Below are positions 12,640 through 23,019 of a stretch of DNA of 64,000 nucleotides, in pieces (position 1 is the stretch's first letter; each line of letters opens with the position of its first letter). The notes beneath the pieces were generated by a model. The model saw nothing but the letters and a program-made list of their open reading frames with translations. It ran no database searches and was not told where the DNA came from. This DNA is from Mobula hypostoma (Eukaryota): NCBI RefSeq assembly GCF_963921235.1, contig NC_086109.1, positions 31,994,001 through 32,058,000 of the forward strand, read 5' to 3'. The position numbers were made by a program, and so were the translations under genes.

Positions 12640-15315
12640 TGACTGTTCAAGTGATGACGGAGGGAAGAACCATAGAGTCTTTCAAAAGCAGAGGTGGAGG
12701 AGTATGCCTCATGATCAACTCTTCCTGCTTCACAAATATATCAGTGCTGTCCCAATTCTGCTCACCAGACCTGAAATATCTAGCAGTAAAGTGCGGTCGT
12801 TTTTGCCTACCACGGGAGTTCTCTGGGGTCATTCCAGTAGCGGTTTACATTCCACCTCAGGCCAATGTCAACCAGGCTTTAGATGATCAGAGTAATGGGA
12901 TCAAAATGCACGAAATAGCGCACCCTGATGCCTTCACCATCGTTTTGGGAGATTTTAACCAGGCCAGTCTGAAAAATTCACTAAGCAACTACCATCAACA
13001 GATCACTTGCATACCAGAGGAAATAACACACTGGACCATTGCTATACCACCATCAAGATTGCTTACTGTGCTATTCACGCCCTCACTTCAGGAAGTCTGA
13101 TCACTTGGCTATACTTCTACTCCCTGAGTATAGGCAGAGACTGAAGACTGCAGCACCAGCAGCGAGGACCAAGAAGGTATGAACAAGGGAAGCACAGGGG
13201 AACCTACAGGACTGCTTTGAATCAGTGGACTGGACTGTATTCAGGGATTCATCTTTGAACCTGGATGATTATACTGCAGTTGCTACCTACTTCACTAAAA
13301 CCTGTGTGGATGAGTGTACGCCCACAAAGACTTACTGTACATTCCCAAACCAAAAACCGTGGATGAATCAGGAGGTACATTGTCTGCTGGAGGCTAGATC
13401 TGTAGCATTCAAGTCTGGCGATCCAGGCGTGTACCAGAAAACAAGGTATAATTTGTGGAAGGCTATTTCGAGGGTGAAGAGACAATTTTGTACGAGGTTG
13501 CAGGTGACATCGGATGCACAGCAACTCTTGCAGGGTCTGCAAGACATTACTTACTACAAAGAAAAACCGAATGGCATGAATGGCAGTGATGCTTCACTGC
13601 CAGATGACAGCAGTGCCTCCTATGCCCGCTTTGAAAGGAAGAACACAACTACAGCTGTGAAGATCCCTGCTGCACCTGGTGACCCTGTGATCTCCATCTC
13701 AAAGGCCAATATTAGGCTTTCTTTAAAGAGAGAGAACCCCCACAAGGCGGAAGGTCCCGATAGAGTACCTAGTAAGGCTCTGAAAACCTGTGCCAACCAA
13801 CTAGCGGGAGTATTCAAGGACATTTTCAACCTCTCACTGCTACAGGCAGAAGTTCCCACTTGGATCAAAAAGGCAACAATTATACCAGTGCCTAAGAAGA
13901 ATAATGTGGGCTGTTTTAATAACTATCACCTGGTAGCACTCACATCAACAGTGATGAAATGCTTTGAGAGGTTGGTCATGACTAGACTGAACTCCTGCCT
14001 CAGCAAGGACCCGGACTTGTTGCAATTTGCCTATTTCCATAATAGGTCAACAGCAGACGCAATCTCAATGGCTCTCCACGTGGCTTCAGACCACCTGAAT
14101 AACACAAACACCCATGTCAGGATGCTGTTCATTGACTATAGCTCAGCATTTAATACCTTCATTCCCACAATCCTGACTGAGAGGTTGCAGAACCTTGGCC
14201 TCTGTACCTTCCTGTGCAATTGGATCCTCGACTTCCCAACCGGAAGACCACAATCTGTGTGGATTGGTGATAACATATCCTCCTCGCTGACGATCAACAC
14301 TGGTGCAACTCAGGGGTGTGTGCTTAGCCCACTGCTCTACTCTCTATATACATATGTCTGTGTGGCTAGGCATAGCTCAAATACCATCTATAAATTTGCT
14401 GACAACACAACCATTGTTGGTAGAATCTCAGGTGGTGACGAAAAGGCGTACAGGAGTGAGATATGCCAACTAGTGGATTGGTGCCGCAGAAACAACCTAG
14501 CACTCAACGTCAGTAAGACGAAAGAGCTGATTGTGGACTTTAGGAAGGGTAAGACGAAGGAACACATACCAATCCTCATAGAGGGATCAGAAGTGAAGAG
14601 AGTGAGCAGTTTCAAGTTCCTGAGTGTCAAGGACTCTGAGGACCTAACCTGGTCCCAACATGTCGATGTAGTTATAAAGAAGACAAGACAGCGGCTGTAC
14701 TTTATTAAGAGTTCAAAGAGATTTGGCATGTCAACAAATACACTCAAAAACTTCTATAGTTGTACTGTGGAGAGATTTCTGACAGGCTGCATCACTGTCT
14801 GGTATGGAGGGGCTACTGCACAGGACTGAAAGAAGCTACAGAAGGTTGTAAATCTAGTCATCTCCATCCTGGGGACTAGCCTACAAAGTACCCAGGACAT
14901 CTTTAAGGAGCAGTGTCTCAGAAAGGCAGCGTCTATTATTAAGAACCTCCAGCACCCAGGGCATGCCCTTTTCTCACTGTTACCATCAGGTAGGAGGTAC
15001 AGAAGCCTGAAGGCACACACTCAGAGATTCAGGAACAGTTTCTTCCCCTCTGCCATCTGATCCCTAAATGGACATTGAATCTTTGGATGCTACTTCACTT
15101 TTTTTTTTAATATACAGTATTTCTGTTTTTGCACGTTTTTAAAATTTATTCAATATACATATACTGTAATTGATTTACTTGTTTATTATTATTACTATTT
15201 TTATTTTTTTTTCTCCCTGTTTTAGATTATGTACTGAATTGAACTGCTGCTCCTAAGTTAACAAATTTCACGTCACATGCTGGTGATAATAAACCTGATT
15301 CTGATTCTGATTCTG
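12640..15315 (+). mobile_element. Rex1/Babar-clade LINE, 5'-truncated, with disrupted APE endonuclease and RT
   Basis: APE motifs GGGVCLMIN, AVYIPP, LGDFNQ (12639-13100); RT ORF 13225-14829 with FPNQKPW, LFIDYSSAFNT, GATQGCVLSPLLY, KFADN (YADD-like, mutated); AATAAACCT(GATTCT)n tail. Confidence 0.93.
13225..14829 (+). pseudogene. Rex1-type reverse transcriptase, remnant ORF
   Basis: 534-aa ORF with RT domains; catalytic DD reads DN; stops and frameshifts on both sides. Confidence 0.88.
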
Positions 15316-15541
15316 AATCTGAATCAGGTTTATTATCACTGCATGTGTCATGAAATTTGCTAACTTAGCAGCAGTAGCAGTTCAAAGCAATACTTAATAT
15401 AGAAGAAATAAATAAAATAATAATAATAATAAATAGATAAGTAAATCAATTACAGTATACATATATTGAATAGATTAAAAATCATGCAAAAAACAAAAAT
15501 AATATATATTGAAAAAGTGAAGTAGTGTTCAAGAGTTCAAT
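15316..15541 (-). mobile_element. Rex1 3'UTR/tail, inverted tail-to-tail against the 12640-15315 copy
   Basis: Reverse complement matches 15074-15315 (TACTTCACTTTTT, TATTCAATATA, TACTGTAATTGATTTACTT, AAATTTCA, GTGATAATAAACCTGATT). Confidence 0.85.
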
Positions 15542-15918
15542 TAGATTGCCATACTTAATAAATCCTCAAACTTTTGTATAGATTATCTGTTGTTGCTTAT
15601 TTTATCTTAACCAAGAACATTTCAGTATTATAGTTTTCTGAAGAAAAAGTCAACTGACTAAGCACATATGTTACCGTTAGCCAAGCAGCTTATGATTTGG
15701 CAGTCAGATTTACTTACTGGCTGTCTTATTCATCTTTTGTTCACATAGTACACAGTACTGAACCCAAGTAAAAACAGAATCCTCGCACTTTTGTGTTGTG
15801 AGCAATTCAGATTTACACATTTCAGCTTTATTAGCTTCCAATGAACGTTAAGTTGTTGCACCTCAGAAATGTAACAGGGGATTTGACAAGTAAATTACAA
15901 AGAAACATTTCAGTAAAT

Positions 15919-16240
15919 TCAATTCAATCGATTAAGGTCTCTCTGTGATTCCTGATAACTACCTTCACCGTCGATGACACCACCTACATTAACGTCATTT
16001 GCAAAGCTACTAACTGTGCCTTGTATATTCTCATCCAAGTCATTGATATCGATGTCAAGTAGCAATGGGCCTAGCACTGACCCCTGAGGCACGCCACTAG
16101 TCATGGGCCTCCAGTCCAAAAAAATAGTCACCTTCTGCTTCCTACCATCATACTAAATGTGTATCCAATAAACTTGCTGTTCTTGGATCCAATGTAATCT
16201 AACTTAACATGATCGCCTACCATGCGGAACCTTATCGAAG
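15919..16240 (-). mobile_element. CR1 RT internal fragment
   Basis: MTSGVPQGSVLGPLL..INDLDE..FAND. Confidence 0.85.
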
Positions 16241-17434
16241 TTACTGGAATTAAATGCGTAGATAATATGAGAAATAAATAGGTGCTTTATTGATCCCAAA
16301 GCAAATCACAGTGTCACAGTAGCATTACAAATGCACAGATGTAAATATTAGAGGAGAAGCAGAAAGAATAAAAGATAATAAGTTACTTCAAACAGTCTAA
16401 CAGGAGGTGCTCATCACTTCTCCAACTATAGGTTGACTCATTTTAGAGCCTAGGGGCTGAGGGGAAGAATGACCTCATATAGCACTCTTTGGAGCCGCGC
16501 AGTTGTCTTAGTCTACTACAAAATAGACCACATGGACCCTTGAGATGGTTCTGCCATTTACTAAAATGACAACTAATTTTCTGCATTAAATCCACTTTCT
16601 TGACAGGTTGCCGTATTATCTTTTTCCCTCAGTACCCAAAAGCTCAGCCTTAAATACAACAAGAAAAATGCATCATTAATTCCCCAATCAAATCGACTTG
16701 TTTTTATTCCGTGACATTCAACCCGTCTACTGTATAAAATAGCATATAGGTGAATTTTCAGCTGTAGGCCTTAAATTAAGGAAAGGACAGGAATCTTATA
16801 ACATTTGTGTTCATCTGCTAGTTAACACTCTTTGCATAACAACATTCAATGTGCCTTCGCTTGAATGCCTCTCTCTACCTCCCCGCCACTGAACTTCATT
16901 TTTCCTTCTGTTTCTTCTCAAGACCAATTACTGCGGCTTTGCAACATCCATCTAGCAAAAGACTGTTTTCTGCTTTCACTGTTAGATGATAAAGTAGGAT
17001 CGTTAAGGATAATCAAGCAGCTGTTACTGCTACTGGAGAAAATTGTTGCTGGTGTTAGCCGGACTAATTGAATACAAGGAAGATGGAGAATATGTCGTTG
17101 TGAAACAGATCATTACTCAATGATTAGATGGAAATTTTAAGACATTTTCATCTCCCATATTGAGAATAGGAGTGGGGTTTGTTGATCTCAATATGCCTTA
17201 ACAGAAAATAATAATTAATATCTCCAAGAAATTGGTTTATAACCACCCAGAATCGCTGCACTGCAAGTTTTCACCTCAACTGCCCACCTATTGTCCTGAA
17301 TTTCAGGATTTTCCTCATGAATGCAGAAGCCCTTAAACTGGTGGCTGAGCTTATCAGGAGAACTCTCAGCTTTGCTGCAATATTACGAGAGGAGCACAAT
17401 CTTGCCCCTATTCCCAAAAGTTCCATTGAGAATT

Positions 17435-17657
17435 TAGACCATAGACCATAAGACCCAGGTGCAGAATTAGGTCATTCGGCCCATCGAGTCTGCTCCACCA
17501 TTCAATCATGGCTTATGCCTCTCAACCCAATTCACCCGTCTTCTCCCCATCACCTTTGAAGCCCTTACTAATCAAAAAATCTATCAACTTCCGCTTTAAG
17601 TATGGCTTGCCCTCCACAGCTGTCTATGGTAATGAATTCCACCGAGTCACCATCCTG
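17435..17657 (-). mobile_element. CR1 3'UTR fragment
   Basis: (AGACCAT)n tail, GCAGAATTAGGTCATTCGGCCCATCGAGTCTGCTCC. Confidence 0.8.
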
Positions 17658-18604
17658 ATTTGTCTATTGTCACAATTTGCCAACTGAATCTATGCTAGTT
17701 GGTGCAGAGTGAATGAATGAAAGGAAGAGCAGAAGGTTAAGATAATTCACATATTTGAATTTGTTTCAATATTTAATTAATTGATTGTGCCTAATTTGTT
17801 CAAAATTATTAGTAATTTTAATAAAATAATTGAATGAAAAGAAACTGTGATGGATTAAAGTACTAGATAATGTACATTTTCCATTAAGTGTTTAGTTAAG
17901 TGTATTTAATTATTTGAAGTATTAGTTTGTTTTTTTTTAATATTTTATAATATTTTGATTCTTATTAAGTTTTAATCTTTTTGAATGACACTCAATTACT
18001 AGATAGGATTAACAGTTAGCTAAACCAGAGCTGTTTCATAGGCTCATTCTGACATTTCCATCATACGACAGTGTTTTCCCATTCTAGCCTAGGCTCTGTC
18101 AATGCCCATTTTGCAAGAAGTTGACACCAGCAGATCCATGAAAGGTAAATTTGGACTCACAGCTTGAGTTAATGGTGAGCAAAGGTGACTGAAAGCAGCC
18201 AGTTTAATTTATTAATCAAATTCCCTGCACTCACTGTATTTTGCTGTTGGGATGTTTGAAACAGATCTTTCTTTCAGTTAAAGAAAAGTGTGTTTTTACC
18301 CAATGAAAGTCATTGACCTCCTACCAAATTGATCACACAACTGGACTTTCTATTCGGTTCTTCACCTCTGCCAACCCTTTCATGACTGATAAATATGTTT
18401 CGCAGAGCCTATGGGCTTCCGATAAGTCTTAAAGGAATTTGCTTAATACTGTCTGCTTTATTTTGCCTTCATAATAGACCACACAAAAGTCCTTCAATAA
18501 ATTGAATTAATATGGAATAGAGATTTCTATGAAGGTAGAATTACTTTAAATTTTGTTTCAAAAGTTAGAGTTGATTGCAGAGCGTAATTATTTTTGCATT
18601 GGCC

Positions 18605-18912
18605 ATAACCTCCACTAAGGTTAGGTGGGACTACAACTAGGGATCATGGGTTAAGGGTGAAAGGCAAAATGTTTAAGGGGAAAATTCTTCACCCAGAGGG
18701 TTGTGAGGGTGTGGAATGAGCTACCAGTGCAAATGATGCATATAAACTCAATATCAACATTTAAGAGAAGTTTGGAAAGATACACAGATGATCGGAATAT
18801 GGAGGGTGATGATCCCAGTGCAGGTTGATAGGAGGAGGCAGCTTAAGTGGTTTGGCACAGACTATATCAGCTAAAGGGCCTGTTTCTGTGCCGTACATTT
18901 CTACAACTATAA
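18605..18912 (+). mobile_element. CR1 3' fragment
   Basis: CATGGGTTAAGGGTGAAAGG, TTCTTCACCCAGAGGG..GTGTGGAATGAGCT, AAGGGCCTGTTTCTGTGC. Confidence 0.8.
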
Positions 18913-19395
18913 ATTTTGTGATGGTTCACGTTATTCTACAATATCAGTCCACATTTCACCAAAAGATTCTCTTTTAAGTATTGTTTTAGAATAACTCTTA
19001 TTTTCAACTTTCCACACCAAACGCTTGGGTTTAGAAATTGTACCTGGAAGATAAAAAGTGGCTTGGCCCTAGTTTGCCTATCAGCACAATTTAAAAACTG
19101 GGGCACCCGGTTTGTAAAGTGAAATTTTCAGAAGGTAAAGTAAATCTAATCCTATGAGGCACTGTAAGAAATGCACAGAACAAGGAGAGACATTGGGGAG
19201 AAGATGGTCTCAACATTGAGGATTCTTGGAATTTGAAACTAAATGCACCAGAGGAAAAAAATAATGTAGAAGGAGAGGGATTGGGGAAGTGTGAGTTCCA
19301 TTTAACACATTGACACTTCTCTTTTAATAGACAGTGCGTTGCAGCAGATTGACAGCCACAATACTCCTTGAAATATTAAGGTATTGCGCAACATA

Positions 19396-19466
19396 TAGTA
19401 CTATGACAAAGACCTAGGCACTTATTATATTTAGCTAGGGTGCCTAAGACTTTTTGCACAGTACTG
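19396..19466. mobile_element. Tiny Tc1/mariner-like MITE (71 bp)
   Basis: Imperfect ~26-bp TIRs TAGTACTATGACAAAGACCTAGGCAC / GTGCCTAAGACTTTTTGCACAGTACTG flanked by TA. Confidence 0.6.
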
Positions 19467-19622
19467 TAGTAACTTTATGTATTGCACTGTACTGCAGCCG
19501 CAAAAAAAACATAATTTAATGTCATATGTGAGTGATGATAAGCTTGATTCTCATATGGATCAACATACATCAAAGTTGCTGGTGAACGCAGCAGGCCAAG
19601 CAGCATCTATAGGAAGAGGCGC

Positions 19623-19658
19623 AGTTGACGTTTCAGGCCGAGACCCTTCGTCAGGACT
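19623..19658 (-). ncRNA. Inverted copy of the minimal hammerhead motif
   Basis: Reverse complement AGTCCTGACGAAGGGTCTCGGCCTGAAACGTCAACT (one stem I mismatch). Confidence 0.65.
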
Positions 19659-19939
19659 AACTGAAGGAAGAGTGAGTAAGGGATTTGAAAGCTGGAGGGG
19701 GAGGGGGAGATGCAAAATGATAGGAGAAGACAGGAGGGGGAGGGATAGAGCCAAGAGCTGGACAGGTGATAGGCAAAAGGGGATACGAGAGGATCATGGG
19801 ACAGGAGGTCCGGGAAGAAAGACAACGGGGGGGGGTAACCCAGAGGATGGGCAAGAGGTATATTCAGAGGGACAGAGGGAGAAAAAGGAGAGTGAGAGAA
19901 AGAATGTGTGCATAAAAATGTGTGCATAAAAATGTGTGC

Positions 19940-20767
19940 AAAAACGCCATCCCCTTCTCGCAATTCCTCTGTCTCCGCCGCATCTGCTCTCAGGATGAGG
20001 CTTTTCATTCTAGGACGAGGGAGATGTCTTCATTTTTTAAAGAAAGGGGCTTCCCTTCCTCCACTATCAACTCTGCTCTTAAACGCATCTCCCCCATTTC
20101 ACGTACATCTGCTCTCACTCCATCCTCCCACCACCCCACTAGGAATAGGGTTCCCCTGGTCCTCACCTACCACCCCACCGGCCTCCGGGTCCAACATATT
20201 ATTCTCCGTAACTTCCGCCACTTCCAACGGGATCCCACCACTAAGCACATCTTTTCCTCCCCCCCTCTCTCTGCATTCCACAGGGATCGCTCCCTACACA
20301 ACTCCCTTGTCCATTCGTCCCCCCCATCCCTCCCCACTGATCTCCCTCCTGGCACTTATCCATGTAAGCGGAACAAGTGCTACACATGCCCTTACACTTC
20401 CTCCCTTACCACCATTCAGGGCCCCAAACAGTCCTTCCAGGTGAGGCATCACTTCACCTGTGAGTCGACTGGGGTGATATACTGCATCCGGTGCTCCCGA
20501 TGTGGCCTTTTATATATTGGTGAGACCCGACGCAGACTGGGAGACCGCTTTGCTGAACATCTACGCTCTGTCCGCCAGAGAAAGCAGGATCTCCCAGTGG
20601 CCACACATTTTAATTCCACATCCCATTCCCATTCTGACATGTCTATCCACGGCCTCCTCTACTGTAAAGATGAAGCCACACTCAGGTTGGAGGAACAACA
20701 CCTTATATTCCGTCCGGGTAGCCTCCAACCTGATGGCATGAACATTGACTTCTCTAACTTCCGCTAA
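19940..20767 (+). pseudogene. PLE ORF C-terminus: RT thumb, Cys linker and GIY-YIG endonuclease
   Basis: AIPFSQFLCLRRICS, VPLVLTYHP, CKRNKCYTC, GVIYCIRCSRCGLLYIGET..RFAEH, LQPDGMN; uninterrupted but lacks the RT core. Confidence 0.92.
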
Positions 20768-21063
20768 GGCCCCACCTCCCCCTCGTACCCCATCTGTTAC
20801 TCATTTTTATGCACACATTCTTTCTCTCACTCTCCTTTTTCTCCCTCTGTCCCTCTGAATATACCTCTTGCCCATCCTCTGGGTCACCCCCCCCCCTTGT
20901 CTTTCTTCCCGGACCTCCTGTCCCATGATCCTCTCATATCCCCTTTTGCCTATCACCTGTCCAGCTCTTGGCTCTATCCCTCCCCCTCCTGTCTTCTCCT
21001 ATCATTTTGCATCTCCCCCTCCCCCTCCAGCTTTCAAATCCCTTACTCACTCTTCCTTCAGTT

Positions 21064-21099
21064 AGTCCTGACGAAGGGTCTCGGCCTGAAACGTCGACT
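21064..21099 (+). ncRNA. Minimal type I hammerhead ribozyme motif in PLE pLTR
   Basis: AGTC-CTGACGA-AGGGTCTCGGCCT-GAAACGTC-GACT: core CUGANGA/GAAA, stem I AGUC/GACU, palindromic ACGU stem III; PLE minimal hammerheads are established. Confidence 0.75.
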
Positions 21100-21624
21100 G
21101 CGCCTCTTCCTATAGATGCTGCTTGGCCTGCTGCATTCACCAGCAACTTTGATGTATGTTGCTTGAATTTCCAGCATCTGCAGAATTCCTGTTGTTCTCA
21201 TATGGATCTCTGTTATGGATTGACGAGGGAAAGGGGCAGGGGGAGGGGAATCATGGTTGTGAAAAGAGGAAAGGAGAGGGGAGGGAGTGGGAAGCACCAG
21301 AGAGATATTCTGTCATGATTAATAAACCAATTGTTTGGAATCAAATTACTTCGCCTGGTGTGTCAGGGCTGGGTGTGTCTGCACCCATGCCACCCTTAGC
21401 CCTGGCATTCCCTCCCTACCACCTCTCCCATACCCCTTCCGTGGTCCTCCACCCATGCCAGTCCCAACATCCTTTGTTCCTGTCAGATTTACAAACTCAC
21501 TTTCCGCTCCAATTTGACAAATACAGTACTGGCTAAAAGGATCTTGCTTTTGTATAGGCTATCAATCAACTTTTCCAAGCCTATATTATTTTCTTGCTTG
21601 TGGGCAGGGGGTATTTCTATAAGC

Positions 21625-22877
21625 CAGCGGTCCCCAACCACCGGGCCGCGGACTGGTACCGGGCCGCAAAGCATGTGCTACCGTGCCGCGAGGAAACGAT
21701 ATGGTTTGGCGATATGAGTCAGCTGCACCTTTCCTCATTCACTGTCACGCCCACTGTCGAGCTTGAACGCACGTGAGTTCATTACCCACACGTCACCCAT
21801 GTCAGCGCGGAAAGGAGATCAACGCGGAAAGGAGATCAACTCCTCCAGCTTGCAAATGACGGCGGGCTGAAAAGTATGTTTAACATAAGAGCTCTGCCAG
21901 CATTCTGGATCAAAGTCAAGGCTAAATATCCTGAGATAGCCACAAAACCACTGAAAACGTTGCTTCCATCTCCAACATATCTCTGCAATGAATGCAACGA
22001 AAACTAAATTGCAGAATAGACTGGACATAAGGAACCCCCTTCGAGTATCGCTGTCTCCCATCACCCCTCGATGGCACCGTCTTGTTGCAGGGAACAAGTA
22101 TTCAGCCCAGGGCTCCCACTGATTCAGCAATATTGGTGTGTTACAATGATTTTATATGTTCATACGGGGAAAATATGTGCTGTGTGTTTAATATCCAAAC
22201 GTTACTTAAAATGTTATGATGCTATTGACTTATAAGTGCCTTATATAACCATATAACAATTACAGCACGGAAACAGGCCATCTCTGCCCTTCTAGTCCAT
22301 GCCGAACGCTACTCTCACCTAGTCCCACCGACCTGCACTCAGCCCATAACCCTCCATTCCTTTCCTGTCCATATCCAATTTTTCTTTAAATGACAATATC
22401 AAGCCTGCCTCTTCCACTTCTACTGGAAGTTCATTCAACACTTACTTCAAGCTCCCCTGATAATTGACTTATCACTAAATTCATGCGAGGAAAATATGCG
22501 CTGTGTGTTTAATATTAAATTCGTTAGATAAACCCTTTTAGAGATGAAATTGAGTGTATTAGCCACATTCTGGTTCATTAACCTATATTCTGGTTGTGAT
22601 TAAATCCACCCACCCCGCCCCCCACAAACAGAATCGCCAAAAACAACTTGTAGAAAAAAATCGGCGCGTACACACATGCGCACTGGTGCCTGCGCAAGGT
22701 TTCATGGTCATTGTAGTCTTTCTCGGGATAAACACAACATATTTGACTGCTACTCTTATCCGCTGGCAACCCTAACCACACCCCCCCACCCCCACCCCCC
22801 CCCCCGGGTCGGCCAGTCCGCAAGAATATTGTCAATAATATACTGGTCCGCGTTGCAAAAAAGGTTGGTGGCCCCTG
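21625..22877 (+). mobile_element. Non-autonomous hAT/Charlie (MER1/Charlie3-like) DNA transposon with transposase C-terminal remnant
   Basis: TIRs CAGCGGTCCCCAACC / GGTTGGTGGCCCCTG; 8-bp TSD CTATAAGC/CTATAAAC; ~21835-22122 translates (with a frameshift) LLQLANDGGLKSMF..FWIKVKAKYPEIATKPLKTLLP..TKTKLQNRLDIRNPLRVSLSPITPRW..QGSH*. Confidence 0.9.
22245..22440 (-). mobile_element. CR1 3' tail nested inside the hAT element
   Basis: (ATATAAC)n tail, TACAGCACGGAAACAGGCC..CTAGTCCCACCGACCTGCAC. Confidence 0.75.
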
Positions 22878-23019
22878 CTATAAACAACCACCTTTGTAAG
22901 CTTTTGTAGATGGAAACAATTCATCCAGAATCCGGAGTTTACTTTCAGAATAAGCTCTTTTTATTGCAAGAAATATTAACAGGGGAGTCACTCATCTTAG
23001 AACGAATGTAAAAGAGCGC

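Larger units (their letters stand above)
19562..21194 (+). mobile_element. Penelope-like element (Neptune-like), 5'-truncated, with inverted pLTR and 14-bp TSD
   Basis: ~360-bp inverted repeat 19561-19920 / 20802-21161; TSD TTCTCATATGGATC at 19548-19561 and 21195-21208; GIY-YIG ORF inside. Confidence 0.93.

Noticed and set aside
19922..20767. Functional standalone GIY-YIG nuclease gene
   Set aside because: It is the 5'-truncated end of a PLE ORF, and its start comes from the junction stutter
19561..21161. DNA transposon with 360-bp TIRs
   Set aside because: It encodes a PLE GIY-YIG domain and has an asymmetric tail; the inverted repeat is a pLTR
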